Assembly (NCBI GenBank): GCA_012295275.1 | Contig: CM022673.1 | Coordinates: 8,184,001 to 8,248,000, forward strand | Direction: 5' to 3' | Length of the DNA: 64,000 bases | Source: Chrysomallon squamiferum | Taxonomy: Eukaryota; Animalia; Mollusca | Shown: positions 15,298 through 28,798 of the stretch, piece by piece | Position numbering within the stretch: position 1 is the first letter of the stretch | How the letters are laid out: every line of letters starts with the position of its first letter | The notes under the pieces: model-generated | Seen by the model: the letters and a program-made list of their open reading frames with translations, nothing else | What the model was told of the DNA's origin: nothing | Database searches by the model: none | Program-made: the position numbers and the translations under genes

Positions 15298-18200
15298 TTT
15301 TCTTCGGGAAATCCGGATCTGACCTACCGCAATTTATTACTTGAAACCTTACATACAGGTGCTATTAAGTTATTCTGAATCCCACCATTTGATGACGGCA
15401 ATCTCTTCTCAACCCTGTTTCCATCAACTTTACAACTGAACCCATAGACATTCTTACAAACTGCAGCCAGCCTAGAAACTACATAAACAGACGAGAAAGA
15501 TTTAATTTATACATGTGTATGGATTTTTCTAATTGACTTAAATTTGGTGTTATCGGCATCTTCTGAACATTTAAGTTAGTTACGTAAAATATATATTATT
15601 TTCTCACGAAAATCTGAAACTCAGTGTATTATATAACTGTTGCTTTTCTTTATGTGACTTTTGTTGTAATCTTAAGTATAAAAGAATCTTTCGATTACCA
15701 TAAAAATACAAAAGATACAATATGGTGTTATTATAACTATTCGTGCCATCCAGTATATTCTGTTACATAAGTTTGTTATTTAAATATTCTAAGCTTCATA
15801 AGCACAAAACCAACACTAGAAAAAAAAACAAAAAAAAAAAAAAAAAAACCCACAACAGTCATAATAATAAAGAAGAAGAAGACGAAGAAGAGAATAATGA
15901 TGAAAAAAAAAAAAAAATTAATAATAATGTTATTATTAATATTATTATAGTTATGATGATGATGATGATAAAAACAAAAATAACAACAATAACAACACGA
16001 AATATGACAACAACTTCGTTAATGAAGATGTCAGATCATGTGTTATACTTCTAAAAAAATTATAATAAGCTTTATTTTGTTTTCAAAGATTTTAGAAAAA
16101 TTAATAATAGTGATAATTGTAGCAGTGGTAGTGGTAGTGGTAGTAGTAGTAGTAATAATAATAATAACAATAACAATAACAATAACAATAACACCAACAA
16201 CAATAGTCGTTTAAAAAAAACCCATAAAAAAATAAAATATCGTCTTTGTTTGATTGATGTAACTATATCTTCAACTATAACGGTTAACGTGCGTATAAAA
16301 GACCAGTTTTCCCCATGTTAAAATTAAGTGCATTTCACCATTTAAGAATAACGTCACTATTTATGTTCCATTTGAAAAGGAAATTGAGTATTGACTATCG
16401 CAACATGGCTGCAGCGAGGAATATTGTTTAAAAAAAAAAAAAACGTGGCATAATTATGTGAAAAATATTCGCATGCGCTCACACTGGAAACCCCACCCTT
16501 GGTCCACTTCATATGTGTAAAAAAAAGCACTATTAAGTTATCACTGAGCGCCAAGATGTACGTGATGAACGCGCGCGCCTTTGTTTGTAACTTCCGCCTG
16601 TATGAACACACCAATCAGATGCAGGCGGCCGGGAGGATGCACGTGCACGATGCGTCAGCACGTAATCGCACACATAATTGTACAGAAGAAAAAAAAGGGA
16701 ACTTCATTGTTTCCTAGGATACGATGAAAAATGTCCTTGGATTGTGCTTCCGCTTCCCGGCGAAAAACGTCCCAGTTAACTGAAAGTGATGGTTGTTGTT
16801 TTCATGGCGTCCAATTTGATCGCTTCCTGTGCGAAAATAATTTTGACGTGGCATTGTTTGCGTTCTGATTGATGCCGCAAAGTGAATCGATTGTCGTCAC
16901 TGGGAGAAGAAACATGTGACGAAGCGTCGCGAAGACCCCCTTAGTACAGTTTAATTGACCACAGTGGTTGCCAGGAAAATAATTATTATTTTAATCATTT
17001 ACTTGGCTGGAATAAATTATTACTTTTAATTACTGTTGGGAACCTTCCAGGTTTTTGTAGTGATTATCATTTTCTTCTTTTTAAGTCTCGTTCGTTTGTT
17101 CTTTCTTTCTTTATTTCTTTTATTTTTATTTTTATTTTTATTTTTATTTTTATTTAATGTTATGTTTTAGTTTTAATTTTCCACGGACAGGCAGATTTTC
17201 ATAATGCATGCACAAGAGTAAAATTAAAGTGTAAGCTATCGTAATCCATTGTTAAAGGAGTTAAGAGAAATTTACCTATAATGTAAAGGAGAAGAAGAAT
17301 GAAAAGATATAAAAATAAAACGTCAGAATAAAATAATAAAATTATGCATAATAAATAATTTAAATCATGCCTATTTATAATTTTAATGTTGCACATTTTG
17401 TAGTCATCTAATTTCCATTTGAATAATTATTTTCTTTTGGGAATAACAGATTAATAATAATAATACTAATAATAACAATAACAACAAAAACAACAACAAT
17501 AATAATAATAATAGTAATAATAATATATTTCAGAAGCATCTTTGGTTTTGAATTTAGAAGTATCTGCTTGTTTTAAAGAATTCTGAGCGTAGAAACGGCA
17601 AAGTTTTAAATGGTTTCTGACATTTAAGAGATTGTGTTTCTGTTATATAATTTTAGAAGTCAATCTTTAAAATAATTTTTGGACTGAAGCTGAGTCTAAG
17701 ATTCGAAATCATGTCCATTTGACGATCGCTTTTTAATTACTTTTATAATGGTGATAAGAAGGTTTTGATGTGTTCATAAATAGTCAATTTCGCCATCACT
17801 GTTATCTATTTTTAATTCAAATAGTTCTAAGGCTTGCTGCAAATCGTTATTAAAAATCACCTTGTGTGAACACGTCATTACGTTCAATTTGCTCGTTAAC
17901 AACAACATAACGTTTCTGTTATACCCGAGTGGTGAAGCCCCGCGTGAAACTCCAAAAATAATTCTAAAGTCACATATCATTTTGTCTTCGTTTTAACCTA
18001 TCCCCCTTTGCCCTCTGGCCCATGACACCGAGGTGATGAGGACAATGTTGTCCAATAACGTATAACCTCAATGATCTTGGTGTCCGTTTGTGTTGTCGTT
18101 ACACTTGACAAGCCCCGAAACAAGACAAAGGGAGGCAAGAAGAGAATGGGTTTGTTCGTCATTATTCAACAGACCTTCTTCATCAGATTACAACTGTCCT

Positions 18201-18911
18201 GTTTGTTAGTGGACAAATTGAACGGCATATGGTTTAATTGTTCTTGAAATATGCGCTTCCGTTGACGGACTGGTCAATTGGTCAGTGGTCAAAGGCCGGA
18301 CCCTGGGCAATGGGCTTCTTTAGGAGAGACTGTAGAATCCAGTATCGCATAAAAAAAAATATATATATTTCTCAAAACTGTTCTTCAAGTATTACATCAA
18401 AAGTGTATTATTTATATATATATATATTAAATTATTATTAGTAGTATTTTGATTATTTAATGGAAGATTAGTAGAAGGTTTACCGTACGTTATGTTTTTG
18501 CGTAACAAACGTTCCCCTTTTCAGGGCCTCCCTCGAACAAGTTTTAAAAAGACTAATTTTAGCACGCGATTATCTGTGTTTATTCAAGTGATGTCTGAAT
18601 AATCACGGAGAAATTATCCCAAATTTATTGACAAGACTTCGCGTTAATTGAGGTCTTCTTTCAAACCAGATGTCTCTTTCTCTTGTCATTGTCCGCGTTT
18701 TAATTTGACTTCCACGCACGGCCCTGCTCGCCTGTGTTTAGTTAACGTCTGACATCTTTTCACGAACGTATTAAATTAAACAGACACCGCCAGTTTTATG
18801 AGTTTTAAAGACGAGAACGTCTTAGTAATCTCCTGTCGAGAAGTCTAATGTGAAATGTTTATTATGTAAGATATCGTGCCACGGAATATATTACCCTGTC
18901 TGTCATAGAAT

Positions 18912-19150
18912 GTAGTCAGTAAAAAAACCATTTAAAGTCATAGACGGTAGTCGGTAAAAACAAAAAAACATTTAAAAAAGTCATAGACGGTAGTCGGTAA
19001 AAACATTTAAAGTCATCGACAGGAGTCAGTAAAAACATTTAAAGTCATCGACAGTAGTCAGTAAAAACATTTAAAGTCATCGACAGGAGTCAGTAAAACC
19101 ATTTAAAGTCATCGACTGTAGTCAGTAAAAACATTTAAAGTCATCGACAG
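18912..19150. repeat. 32-bp minisatellite (~7 copies; gtagtcagtaaaaacatttaaagtcatcgaca)
   Basis: Head-to-tail copies with period 32 and no spacers; related degenerate units continue to ~19630. Confidence 0.9.
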
Positions 19151-20082
19151 TTACCAATTTCGCCGGTAACCATTTACCGACTGTAGTTAGTAAAAATTTT
19201 TCGCCGGTAAAACGTTAATGACAACGATAAAAAAATCACAACAGTTACACAGTTAATGACAAATATAATTTGACACAGAAAAGTAATTTCACTGACAAAA
19301 AAAGTAATCGATAACAAGTTCATTGGATAATAAACAATCAAATAACATCGATAACAGGGTCATTATTTCATCGGCAAAATAGCATCGATGACCGAGTAAT
19401 TTCTTCAAGAAACTAATATCGACAGCAGTCGTCAATTTCAGAGATGGAAAGTCAATGACAATAATTCATTTTTCATATAAAATATCGTCATCAGTAATTT
19501 TACTGAGAAATTAAAAAAAGATGTTTTCTACTGACAGTTAATTTTACTGACAAAATACTGACACAATAATCGACAAAATTCGTAGCTGGTAGATCATTTC
19601 AGCGATAAAATATTATCAACAACCATCAGTTTCAAATACAAAAAAATGCCAAGGACAATACTCATTTAAAAGCTTGGTTAATTTATTGGATTTAAGCTTT
19701 CAAATCGCAGACTTTGATTTCATAAATCTGACAAATATGTGACAGGTTACGGAGAAAGAAAGAAAGGATACATTATGTCATATATGCTAATATTTACAAG
19801 TCTTTGTCATAATTATGACGGAGGGATGTATTGGATGAGTAATGGAAAAGAAATGTAAAAAAGCGCAACAAGAACATGATGAAGTTATCATCATACAGCG
19901 ACACATTACAACTGCAAAATGAAGATTAATGGTTAGTGATGATGATCAATTAAGATTTTTAACTTTTATCCACGATATCGTATATTACTATGTAATAATA
20001 ATAATAATAAATATTTAAACTGGAATCCGTGATTCAGATGTTAATTATAATCTTATTAATCAATAGATAAATTACTTATAAA

Positions 20083-20116
<34 letters not shown>

Positions 20117-20235
20117 AAAAAAAATTATTATCAATCAATCATTATTTTTTATAATTATTTTAATATTTAAAATCCAAAGTATATGTGTGTACGTGTGTCG
20201 TGCATGTGTGCTTACGAATTTGCAAGTTACTGACA

Positions 20236-20639
20236 TTTATTGTAATATATTAATAATTCCATGTACAGTTGTTTACAAAATAAATATTATATTAAATGAC
20301 AAGCAACTCAAAATATTACTGATAATTAGTTTATTAATGCAAAAATGGTGTATACATAAGCAAATATATTTATATATGTATATAAAAAGGTATGTACAAA
20401 TATCACAATTTTATTGGCATGATGACGTCAGAATTAAACCAAACTGACTAATGACAGGTAAGTTGCCGGTTTAACGTCCTTTATAGTATTATTATGCAGA
20501 TAAGGATGCTGTCACACGAATTCATTTGCAGGAATGTTAACTTTTAATTTTTTTTATATGGCAAAATACCGAGTACATTTTTTTAAGCATACATACAAAA
20601 TTCAGTTGTTTGTTAGGATACTTAACAATCCAATTGTTT

Positions 20640-20686
<47 letters not shown>

Positions 20687-21346
20687 CACATTAAAACAGA
20701 CCTTGATAGTCTTTTCGAGACCATCATTATCTCAACATTATTATACAGCATCCTCACTGATAAAGTTCTCAAAAATCACAGCTTGCTTTTTAAAAAACAT
20801 ATACATGTATACAATTGCTCGTTTCATAAAAATTACAATATTTTGTCTATTGTTTTTGTTTTGTTTTTTTTCTTTCAAAGTAAAATCAACCATTTAGAAC
20901 TAAATACTTGCTACTTTTTTCACAAATTTTAACAAAAATTAGTAAATGGTATAATTTTTTTTTTTACATAAGTGAAATAATATATGGTATTTTTTTATAT
21001 ATCAGAATGTAACTGACTTGATTAAAACATAAATGGAATGTAGATGTAGAGGCTGACAGAATTGTAATCAGCTGATAGTTCATCGTTGTTCTTCAGTTGT
21101 CTATTTTATCAGTAAAATCATCTTCTGTACACGATTCTGCAATTTTGATTCTCAGCTGTCAATCCGGCTGTGTGTCTGTTAGAACATTTTTTAAAACAAT
21201 AATTAAACTGGTCGTTGTATCCTGTAGGATACTATTAACTTCCAGAATAAAGGCATTCGTGACTGGAGTATCCTTTCGTCTGACTGGAGGATATATGTGT
21301 GTGTATATATATATATGGCACTGGTGACTAAGGCAAGATATGTTAT
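20236..21346 (-). other. HLH-A terminal non-coding (3'UTR) exon
   Basis: Minus-strand acceptor ttttcatttttcag|ATAAC at 21347/21346 can pair with the donor at 21676. Several minus-strand AATAAA (TTTATT on + at 20637, 20410, 20236). The 3' end is uncertain. Confidence 0.6.
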
Positions 21347-21684
21347 CTGAAAAATGAAAAGTTATCGTTGTAATGCATGTATCACAATTATGAATTATAG
21401 TATTTTTTATACTAATGCATACAGTTCTGTAATTTTTATATTAATATTATATGACGGTTTATTTTAGTTTATTATTTTATTAGCGAATAATGCGTTTTTG
21501 AATCTTCAAAGTGTTCGATGTAAAATGGATTTAGTAAAGGAAGTTAGGAATTATTTATATATATATAAAAAAAGATAAGATGAAATAACATAAATTGAGC
21601 ATTGTGAAAGTCAATTATTAATTTTTCGCTAAATTTAAAACATATTATTATATTTCTTTTCTTTTGTTTTTCTCACCTTATTCT

Positions 21685-21833
21685 CTACTGAGCTCGTTTA
21701 TGAACCGGAACTTCCGGTTTTTGTGACACCTTTTTATGAGGAACCGGAAGTTCAACCTGTGACGTCACGGAACGATCCTCGGCTTCTTTTTGCAACATTA
21801 AAGAAAGAACCAGCTTTTTCACGCTGTCCATAT
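21685..21833 (-). CDS. HLH-A coding exon 3 (C-terminal tail)
   Basis: Minus strand long T tract + tgtttgtag|AT ATG GAC AGC GTG AAA AAG ... GCT CAG TAG, then 8 nt and a gtgag donor. DSVKKLVLSLM aligns with ETVKNFVYQMM in HLH-B exon 3. Confidence 0.8.
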
Positions 21834-24134
21834 CTACAAACAGAAAAAAAAGAAAAAAAATGTTTTAATATCATGTCACTGTTTATAGAAAATTAACTTT
21901 AATAGTTATATTTTGTGTTTTGATAAGATCATCTTCTTGGAATCTACTGGCGACTACGAAAATAATTTTAGAACTGTGTTTATGGATAACACTCTGGATT
22001 AGAAAAGTGCAACAGATTTCTCTGTCAGTGGTTTTATAGACAAAATTTATGCATTTTAATAGAAATTATTTATAAACGAAAGATCTGCAGTCTAAATGTT
22101 TTATACATTGGAATAAACGTAAATCAGTCTGCGCCTCTTTGTATTAAGTGACACCAGTACTGCGGGGAATGTGGAACTGTGTTGCGTGGTAAGTATCACA
22201 GAAAATAATTAACTTGCTACAGATACGCTGGCAATATTAAAAACATGCAACGCATCCTAGACGAGAACAGTTAACCCCTCGAGTCATAAATATATATTTT
22301 TTTTAAAAATGGCGCAATCTTGTTGTCATGGATTAACTATACCAGTTGACCTACTGCTAGAGGACTGCGTAAGATAATTTTACTTGCCAACGCGTGACTC
22401 CTTGTCGGGCTCGTATATCTAGTTACAAACATTTTGCATGTGCAAACAACCAACAGGATGCGTTTATTTACAGAACGTTAGTCACACACAACGAATGAAC
22501 CCACACTCGATTATAAATCATCGTAATTGCAAACTGCACTTTCTTGCGTCTTTTTGAACACCTTTTTTGATGTACGGAGTCATTCGAATGAATTTTAGCA
22601 AATAAATAAATAAATAAATAAATAATTTTTGAAATTGATTTTCTCTTTGCTAATATTTGTCATAGTTGGCTTAACATTACAAATTTCATATTATTATTTT
22701 TTTTTTCCCATAAACAATGAAAAAAACAAAAAGTTTAGAGCGACCCAGCATGTATATTTGTTTGTTTGTCGATCTGTCCAACGATTTGATGAGTTTGTTG
22801 GTAACTCGATACTGTACGACTTTGTGGCTCTACTGTAACTGGCAATTATAGTTTGTCGATTGTTTGTTATTCGAGTTTATTGTTTCCCTTTAATTCAAAC
22901 TGTTTTGTTATTTCTGTCTGGGTTTTTTTTACTTTTTTTCTGGCTTTAGGAATTTCTGTAGTTAGAAATAAAATATATCGATCAGTTTATTAATAAATGT
23001 ACGGAGAATTTCACTGCAAATTGTTTATTTAATGATTTCAATGAATGGATAAAATTTATAAATAACTATATTATATAGATATTAATTAATCTTAATTATA
23101 AACTTCAACTGATAATTCTTGTATTTTCAATTTCTTTGGATTTAAAGATTTTTTTTTTTTTTTTGAAATAATAAAATCTTATTATTTCGTTTCCTAAATG
23201 CTGATCTTCATTGGCGATAAATGAATATTACTTTTAATTACTAAATAATATAATTACTAAAATAATTTATTAAATAGCATTTAATGGCCAGGTGAATTAA
23301 TGTACGCAAATAATAAAGGTGGCTGGAACGTATCATTTTATGTCGGAGACGTTTTACGCGGGAAACCTCGTGGGAAAATGCAAGATGGCTTACTCGCCGG
23401 CGTTTGGCAACAGATGGGGCAGTTAACCATTTTACGTAAACAAAAGAAAAAAAAAAAAAAAATGTTTTCAAAGCAAAACCTTCCTAAAGATTTGAGTGTG
23501 GGAGAGAACGATGAAACTCAGGTGGCTGTACGGAAACAGCGTGGGAAAGAATGCAGGTATGGCAGCGTTCATTAGCGCAGTGTCGCCATCTGTTGGTGCT
23601 TTTTACAGCTTTCGCTGTTTCGCGACTCTCTCTCTCTCTGTCTTTCACTTTCTTCCTCGTCTCAGCTTCGGAACACTGGACCGAGTACAACAATGGCTCG
23701 CCTTCACAGGCTTGGGAATACCTTCTTCTATTTTAAATATGTTACCCGATTGAATGACCCGTGCAGATCAGAGTGTTACAAGCAAACCTGATACTACTTA
23801 AAAGTCTGTTAAAAGGTAATGAATACGGGCTGTTTAACTTTTGTAAAGACGTGGACGAAAAGGCGACGGGGCAAATCAGTTTGAGGTGGTGTGAAAAAAT
23901 GGGCTGTAGGTATTCAAGGTTATTCGTGTTTACTGGTAATAGCTGTAATTAAGATTTCCGAACCAGTGAATAGATTACGATTTGAAATAAACACGTAAAA
24001 GCTGTTGTGAGATTTATTATCATTCAAAGAAATGAAGTTTAGATAGACAGAAAACAGTATATATATATTCCTTTGTTAACAATATTTATCATCATACTTT
24101 AATATAAATTTTCACTTAGATTACAGTGTTATAA

Positions 24135-24213
<79 letters not shown>

Positions 24214-24633
24214 CTGTCTCTCTGGTTATTTTGGTAACATGATCGCTTTATCCATATATAATAATTATTAGTTGGATTTTTCTTCCTTTTTTTTTTAATC
24301 TTTTGTTGTTATATTTATATGAGAATAAATATTTTTATATCTCACCTTCAGGACTGTTAAATCTCTTCATAAATCTTTCGTGCAGAACATCTATATATTT
24401 GACTGCTTCTTCCACAATCGTCACCTAGAAATAACAAAATAATCCTTTAAACTAATGTAATGCAAAATTTTAAGAAGCATCATATTGTTATAGTTGTATT
24501 TAATATAAATACAAATTATCTGCTTTCGATTCCCTAATTATAACAAATTTGTCTTTAGGTTCTCAAAATTAATTTTTTATTTTTTTTTTTTTTTTTGTTG
24601 TTGTTTGCAGTGGAATTAGAAACAATGGAAAGC

Positions 24634-24672
<39 letters not shown>

Positions 24673-26245
24673 ACATCCCTTTTTTTTTTTTTTTTTAGAT
24701 AATTATTTCATGACATAGAAAAACAAACAAAAGCTACAAGAGGTCAAGCTGTGAAAAAACAGAAACTAGACATCATTAATTAACTCAGACGACAGACATC
24801 TGACCTAGTGTCGAACACGTGCGCAGACACGACGAAAAAAAAAAAAAAAAAAAAGCCATAGCGCATATATACTCGACTTCCTAGTTTAATTACGCTATCA
24901 GTTTTACATTAACTGCACAGACTCGTCGTAAGTAAACCTTTCTCGACCGCGTCTCTTCGCCATCTTTTATTACGATTTCATTTGCGGACTCGGAAGACAG
25001 TAATAACGACATCGCATTTAGATCGCATTTCACCAATCGTGCGCAATGATACCGTTAACCAGGCAGAGTTACTTCACGGCAGGGATTCCCCATTAAGCAT
25101 TGAAAACGACCTGTCTTCTAGGTAATGACGACTACCTGCGAAATGGAGGTGAAAGCGAGGCAGTCGGGCGTGGTGGAGTGCGCGCGCGGCGTAACGTGTC
25201 GACCGATGCTGTCTTCTAAACAACTGTCTCCAAGGGACACATCAGCGCCAACTGCGGACTTAAAGTTGACACGCGCGCGGGACGCGAAATGTCACAAGCT
25301 TTTTTTTTTGTTTTCTTTTTTTTTTAATTTTGACTAGACTATGCTCGTCAACGCTTTAACTTGAACCGACAGCGGGTTTGTTTCTGATAGCAGACGGCCC
25401 CGTGTTCACTGACATACGAACAATGTAATTAAAAGTGATTATTCCAGTTATTTGCTTTTTCGACCTGGTTTTTTTTTATAATTTTTTTCCCCCTCTCCCA
25501 TCTAATTTTTTCAAGTCTGTAAAGTTTGTACGTGTAACATATGTGAGAAAAAGAGGAACAGAGGATGTGTGTTTTTTCTTTTCATGGTTGATTAGAGAGA
25601 GAGAGAGAGAGAGAGAGAAGAGAAAGAGAGGTGTATTCTAAGTCCAGAATTAATCATAAAAACTCATTAAAAAAAAAGCACTTATGTCAATATAGTATCT
25701 CCAATCAAAATACTGTAGGATCATATCAGTTACAAATAACTAGTTAATAATAATGATAATAACAATAATTCCTTTAAAAAAAAAGTCACCAGTCTTATCA
25801 CCGAAATTATACCCTAAAATCAAGCCTTAAATCAAATTAGACACGTGAACTCTTAAAGTACGGCATAACTCTACATCCTCAACGCAAAAAAAGTAAATTC
25901 ACACAAACGGGCAGCAGGAGTGAAATTAATTAGAATAACAATGAGATTTTTTACTCATGACTAATTTCTTTTCTTTTCTTTTCTATTTCTTCTTCTTTTT
26001 AAAAAAAAAAGAGATTTAATTTTTTTTTTTTTTTTTTTAATTCTTATCCTGCATTGAAATAATAAAACTGATGCAAAACATCTGTATACCTTTGACGCCT
26101 GTTCTATTTTCGCCACTGAAGGAACTATTTCTCTCAGTCTCCTGTAGGCGTGTTTTCGCTGCAGTCGAGCGTAACGGCGGATACACTTGCGCGCCATCTG
26201 ACGTCGGGCCGAAGATCCGTGGGAACTTGTTCGCACATCCAGCAT
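21685..26245 (-). CDS. HLH-A: atypical Id/Emc-like (group D-like) helix-loop-helix protein, 127 aa; join(26245-26090, 24424-24346, 21833-21685)
   Basis: Spliced product MLDVRTSSHGSSARRQMARKCIRRYARLQRKHAYRRLREIVPSVAKIEQASK|VTIVEEAVKYIDVLHERFMKRFNSPE|DMDSVKKLVLSLMLQKEAEDRSVTSQVELPVPHKKVSQKPEVPVHKRAQ*. All junctions are canonical GT-AG and phase-compatible (0, then 1). Helix1-loop-helix2 pattern Y..LR..VP......SK..IVEEAV.YI..L. Confidence 0.85.
24346..24424 (-). CDS. HLH-A coding exon 2 (helix 2)
   Basis: Minus strand tttctag|GTG ACG ATT GTG GAA GAA GCA GTC AAA TAT ATA GAT ... CCT GAA G|gtgag; 79 nt; VTIVEEAVKYIDVLHERFMKRFNSPE. Confidence 0.9.
26090..26245 (-). CDS. HLH-A coding exon 1 (basic-like region, helix 1, loop)
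   Basis: Minus strand ttctttcgtttatccaacag|ATG CTG GAT ... GCG TCA AAG|gtatac; 156 nt = 52 codons; lies inside track ORF 25961..26308. Confidence 0.88.
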
Positions 26246-26392
26246 CTGTTGGATAAACGAAAGAATTGTCTTATTATCAGTGGTTAATGGAGTGCAAACA
26301 GAGACCACAAAGGAAACACAAACGTAAAATGAGACAGGGCTGTGATTTTATGTGTTTTCGAAAGAAACCGTTCATGATTAAAAGATAAAACA

Positions 26393-26463
<71 letters not shown>

Positions 26464-28398
26464 ATTAATTATTAGTTGTTCTTGTTAAATAAATTAAAAC
26501 AGCCGCATTCTAAGTTAAAACAATAACTTTCGAAAAAAAAAAAAAAAAAAAAATAAAATAACAGAAATTAACAAATAATATTAATCATATTTTACAGCAT
26601 AAAATGAGTGCGGCTATGAAAATATGAATACATCACACCAGGGTCTCAAAAGAGGGGGGTGCGGCGAAGTGAGGGCGACCCGCCCTTTGGTACAGAGTAC
26701 GTTTGATATCAGATTATAAGAATTAATTGTTTATGTACACCGTCGGAGGGATCCATTTCAAAATGACTCAGATAAACCAGGATGTCAAACCTCGCTTATT
26801 ACATCTATCTCTCTATCGTGATAAGATTTAAAAATATTTTTAAAACTGATTATCGCTAATAAACCGCACAGCTCCAGTATTATCTTTCTTTATCCTGAAC
26901 ACATTCTGAAGTGCGATGTGCAGCAGTCCAACACACCTGCTGAAACATGTTAACAGATAAATTCTGAGTTCGTACATGCAGCCGTCTCTAATTTCGTTAT
27001 GAAGAGATTAACAACGACAGAAAAAAAAAAAAATATATATATATATATAATAAAAGAAAAGAAAAGAAAAAATATGATCAAAGATCAAAGAAACAAACAT
27101 TAATTAACCAGATTATAAAATTTTAATTCATAATTTTAACAAGTGATTGATAGAAATTTGTTATAATTCTAAATTGTCGTATGGTGAAAACGTAACTCTA
27201 TCAAGGAAAGAAATCTAGTAATAAAAATACGTAAATACTTACATTTGACAGCTGTGAGTGTATCCCAAAGCAGAGTAAAATCAACAAGAAATAATGAAAA
27301 AACAACGTTCAAACTCGATTAAAGATTTCGGATGAATGTAGAGAAAATCTGACGTTCGAAAATATATACCCATTATCGGTTACCCTTAACCGCCTTCTCT
27401 ACGCAGGACGATATAGTTCCCCACGTGAAAAAAACATCTGCCCCAAAAAATCTGTTACATTATAATTAATTTCCAGTTTACTATGTGCATAATCGTGCAA
27501 TGACTTTCTAAATGGGTAAGGATGCATTAAAAACAAATTACAAAGCAATGCATGATGCACTTCCATTTTAAATTATACATTCACTGTATTCATGCGTGTG
27601 AATTTCTGCAGGCCGCGGGACTACTTTCCCCATTGAGAACTAAAATTCTTGAATGAAAGTTTCCCAGTTACGCGCGATTTGATACGCCAGCCATCTGACG
27701 CAAGTTAGCTAAGTCGAACTAGGACGAGGGTGGTGGGAAAGGAAGCTGTAACAATGGTTAATGCATTTCTACTCGCTTCAAAGATTTGCCGAAATATTTT
27801 GGTACATTGTGTGTCGGACGAAGACTGTATCGTAACGACAGGAAACGTGGAGAAAGTACAACATGTGACAGACGGGGATGTGTCGTTTCGTTGATAAAAT
27901 TGCAGTTCAGTGAATGAATTTTCCCCCAAAGCTGCCAAATTTAAATAATCTGCCGTTGGCTTGATCTTTTATCCTTTTTTTTTTTTTTATGTTATATCCG
28001 GTGAATTAGTTTTCTTTTGCAAAAAAAAAAAAAAGATGATTTTTTTCATTGATATATTTTGCCGAATGAAAAATCCTTAATCGCAATGTTATGAAAAGAT
28101 GTCGGCTGATAATGTTTTTGTGACATTATTGTCGCCGTCATCATCATTATAGTGTGAGTCATCATTATAATCATTGTGATAGTCATCATCATATCAAAAT
28201 CATCATCTCTGCCTAGAAGTAGTAGTAGTAGTTTGTCAGTATTACAAACGAAGAATTTATAGGTTATTTTACACAAACTTCTGAATAATGTAATATCTGA
28301 AAAGAAATTTGAATGATGCATACTATAATTTATCCTACCGGTAGGATAAATTAAAAACAAAAAATGTATTATTAATGATTATTCTGATTTTCTGATCT

Positions 28399-28474
28399 TT
28401 TTCTGTTTTTAAAATCATCTCTATTTTTCTGTTTTAAAATCATCTCTATTTTTCTATTGTAAACTCATCTCTAT
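28399..28474. repeat. ~25-bp tandem repeat (~3 copies; ttttctgttttaaaatcatctctat)
   Basis: Direct tandem copies. Confidence 0.75.
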
Positions 28475-28762
28475 AGACAGACGAATCTTAAAACTACAAT
28501 ATATATTTACTAACTTTTTTCAGACATTTTGCATAACATGAAATATTCCTTCACATGTAAACAATGCACATGTATGAAGAAATGTGTAGTTATTTAAAGT
28601 ATACTGCTTTTTTTTTTTTTATTATTTCTGTCAGAATATCAAGGCACTAACAGTCTTGTTATATGGAAGATATTTTAATGATTTGGTTCAGTAGCTTTGA
28701 TTCAATTACTTTTTGTTTCTTTTTTTTTACTTTTCCTCTTCGTTCCTTTTATTCTTTTCTTT

Positions 28763-28798
<36 letters not shown>

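Noticed and set aside
18912-19150. 32-bp repeat array as a CRISPR array
   Set aside because: Units are contiguous with no unique spacers, there are no cas genes, and the context is eukaryotic.
21310-21335. miR-183-like gene on the + strand (TATGGCACTGGT)
   Set aside because: The match stops after 12 nt and no precursor hairpin is visible. Interpreted instead as a target site on the minus-strand UTR.
23484-23693. Track ORF as third exon of HLH-A
   Set aside because: Weak acceptor and no similarity to HLH-B. The exon at 21833-21685 has a strong acceptor, correct phase, homology and the shared stop+8 donor.
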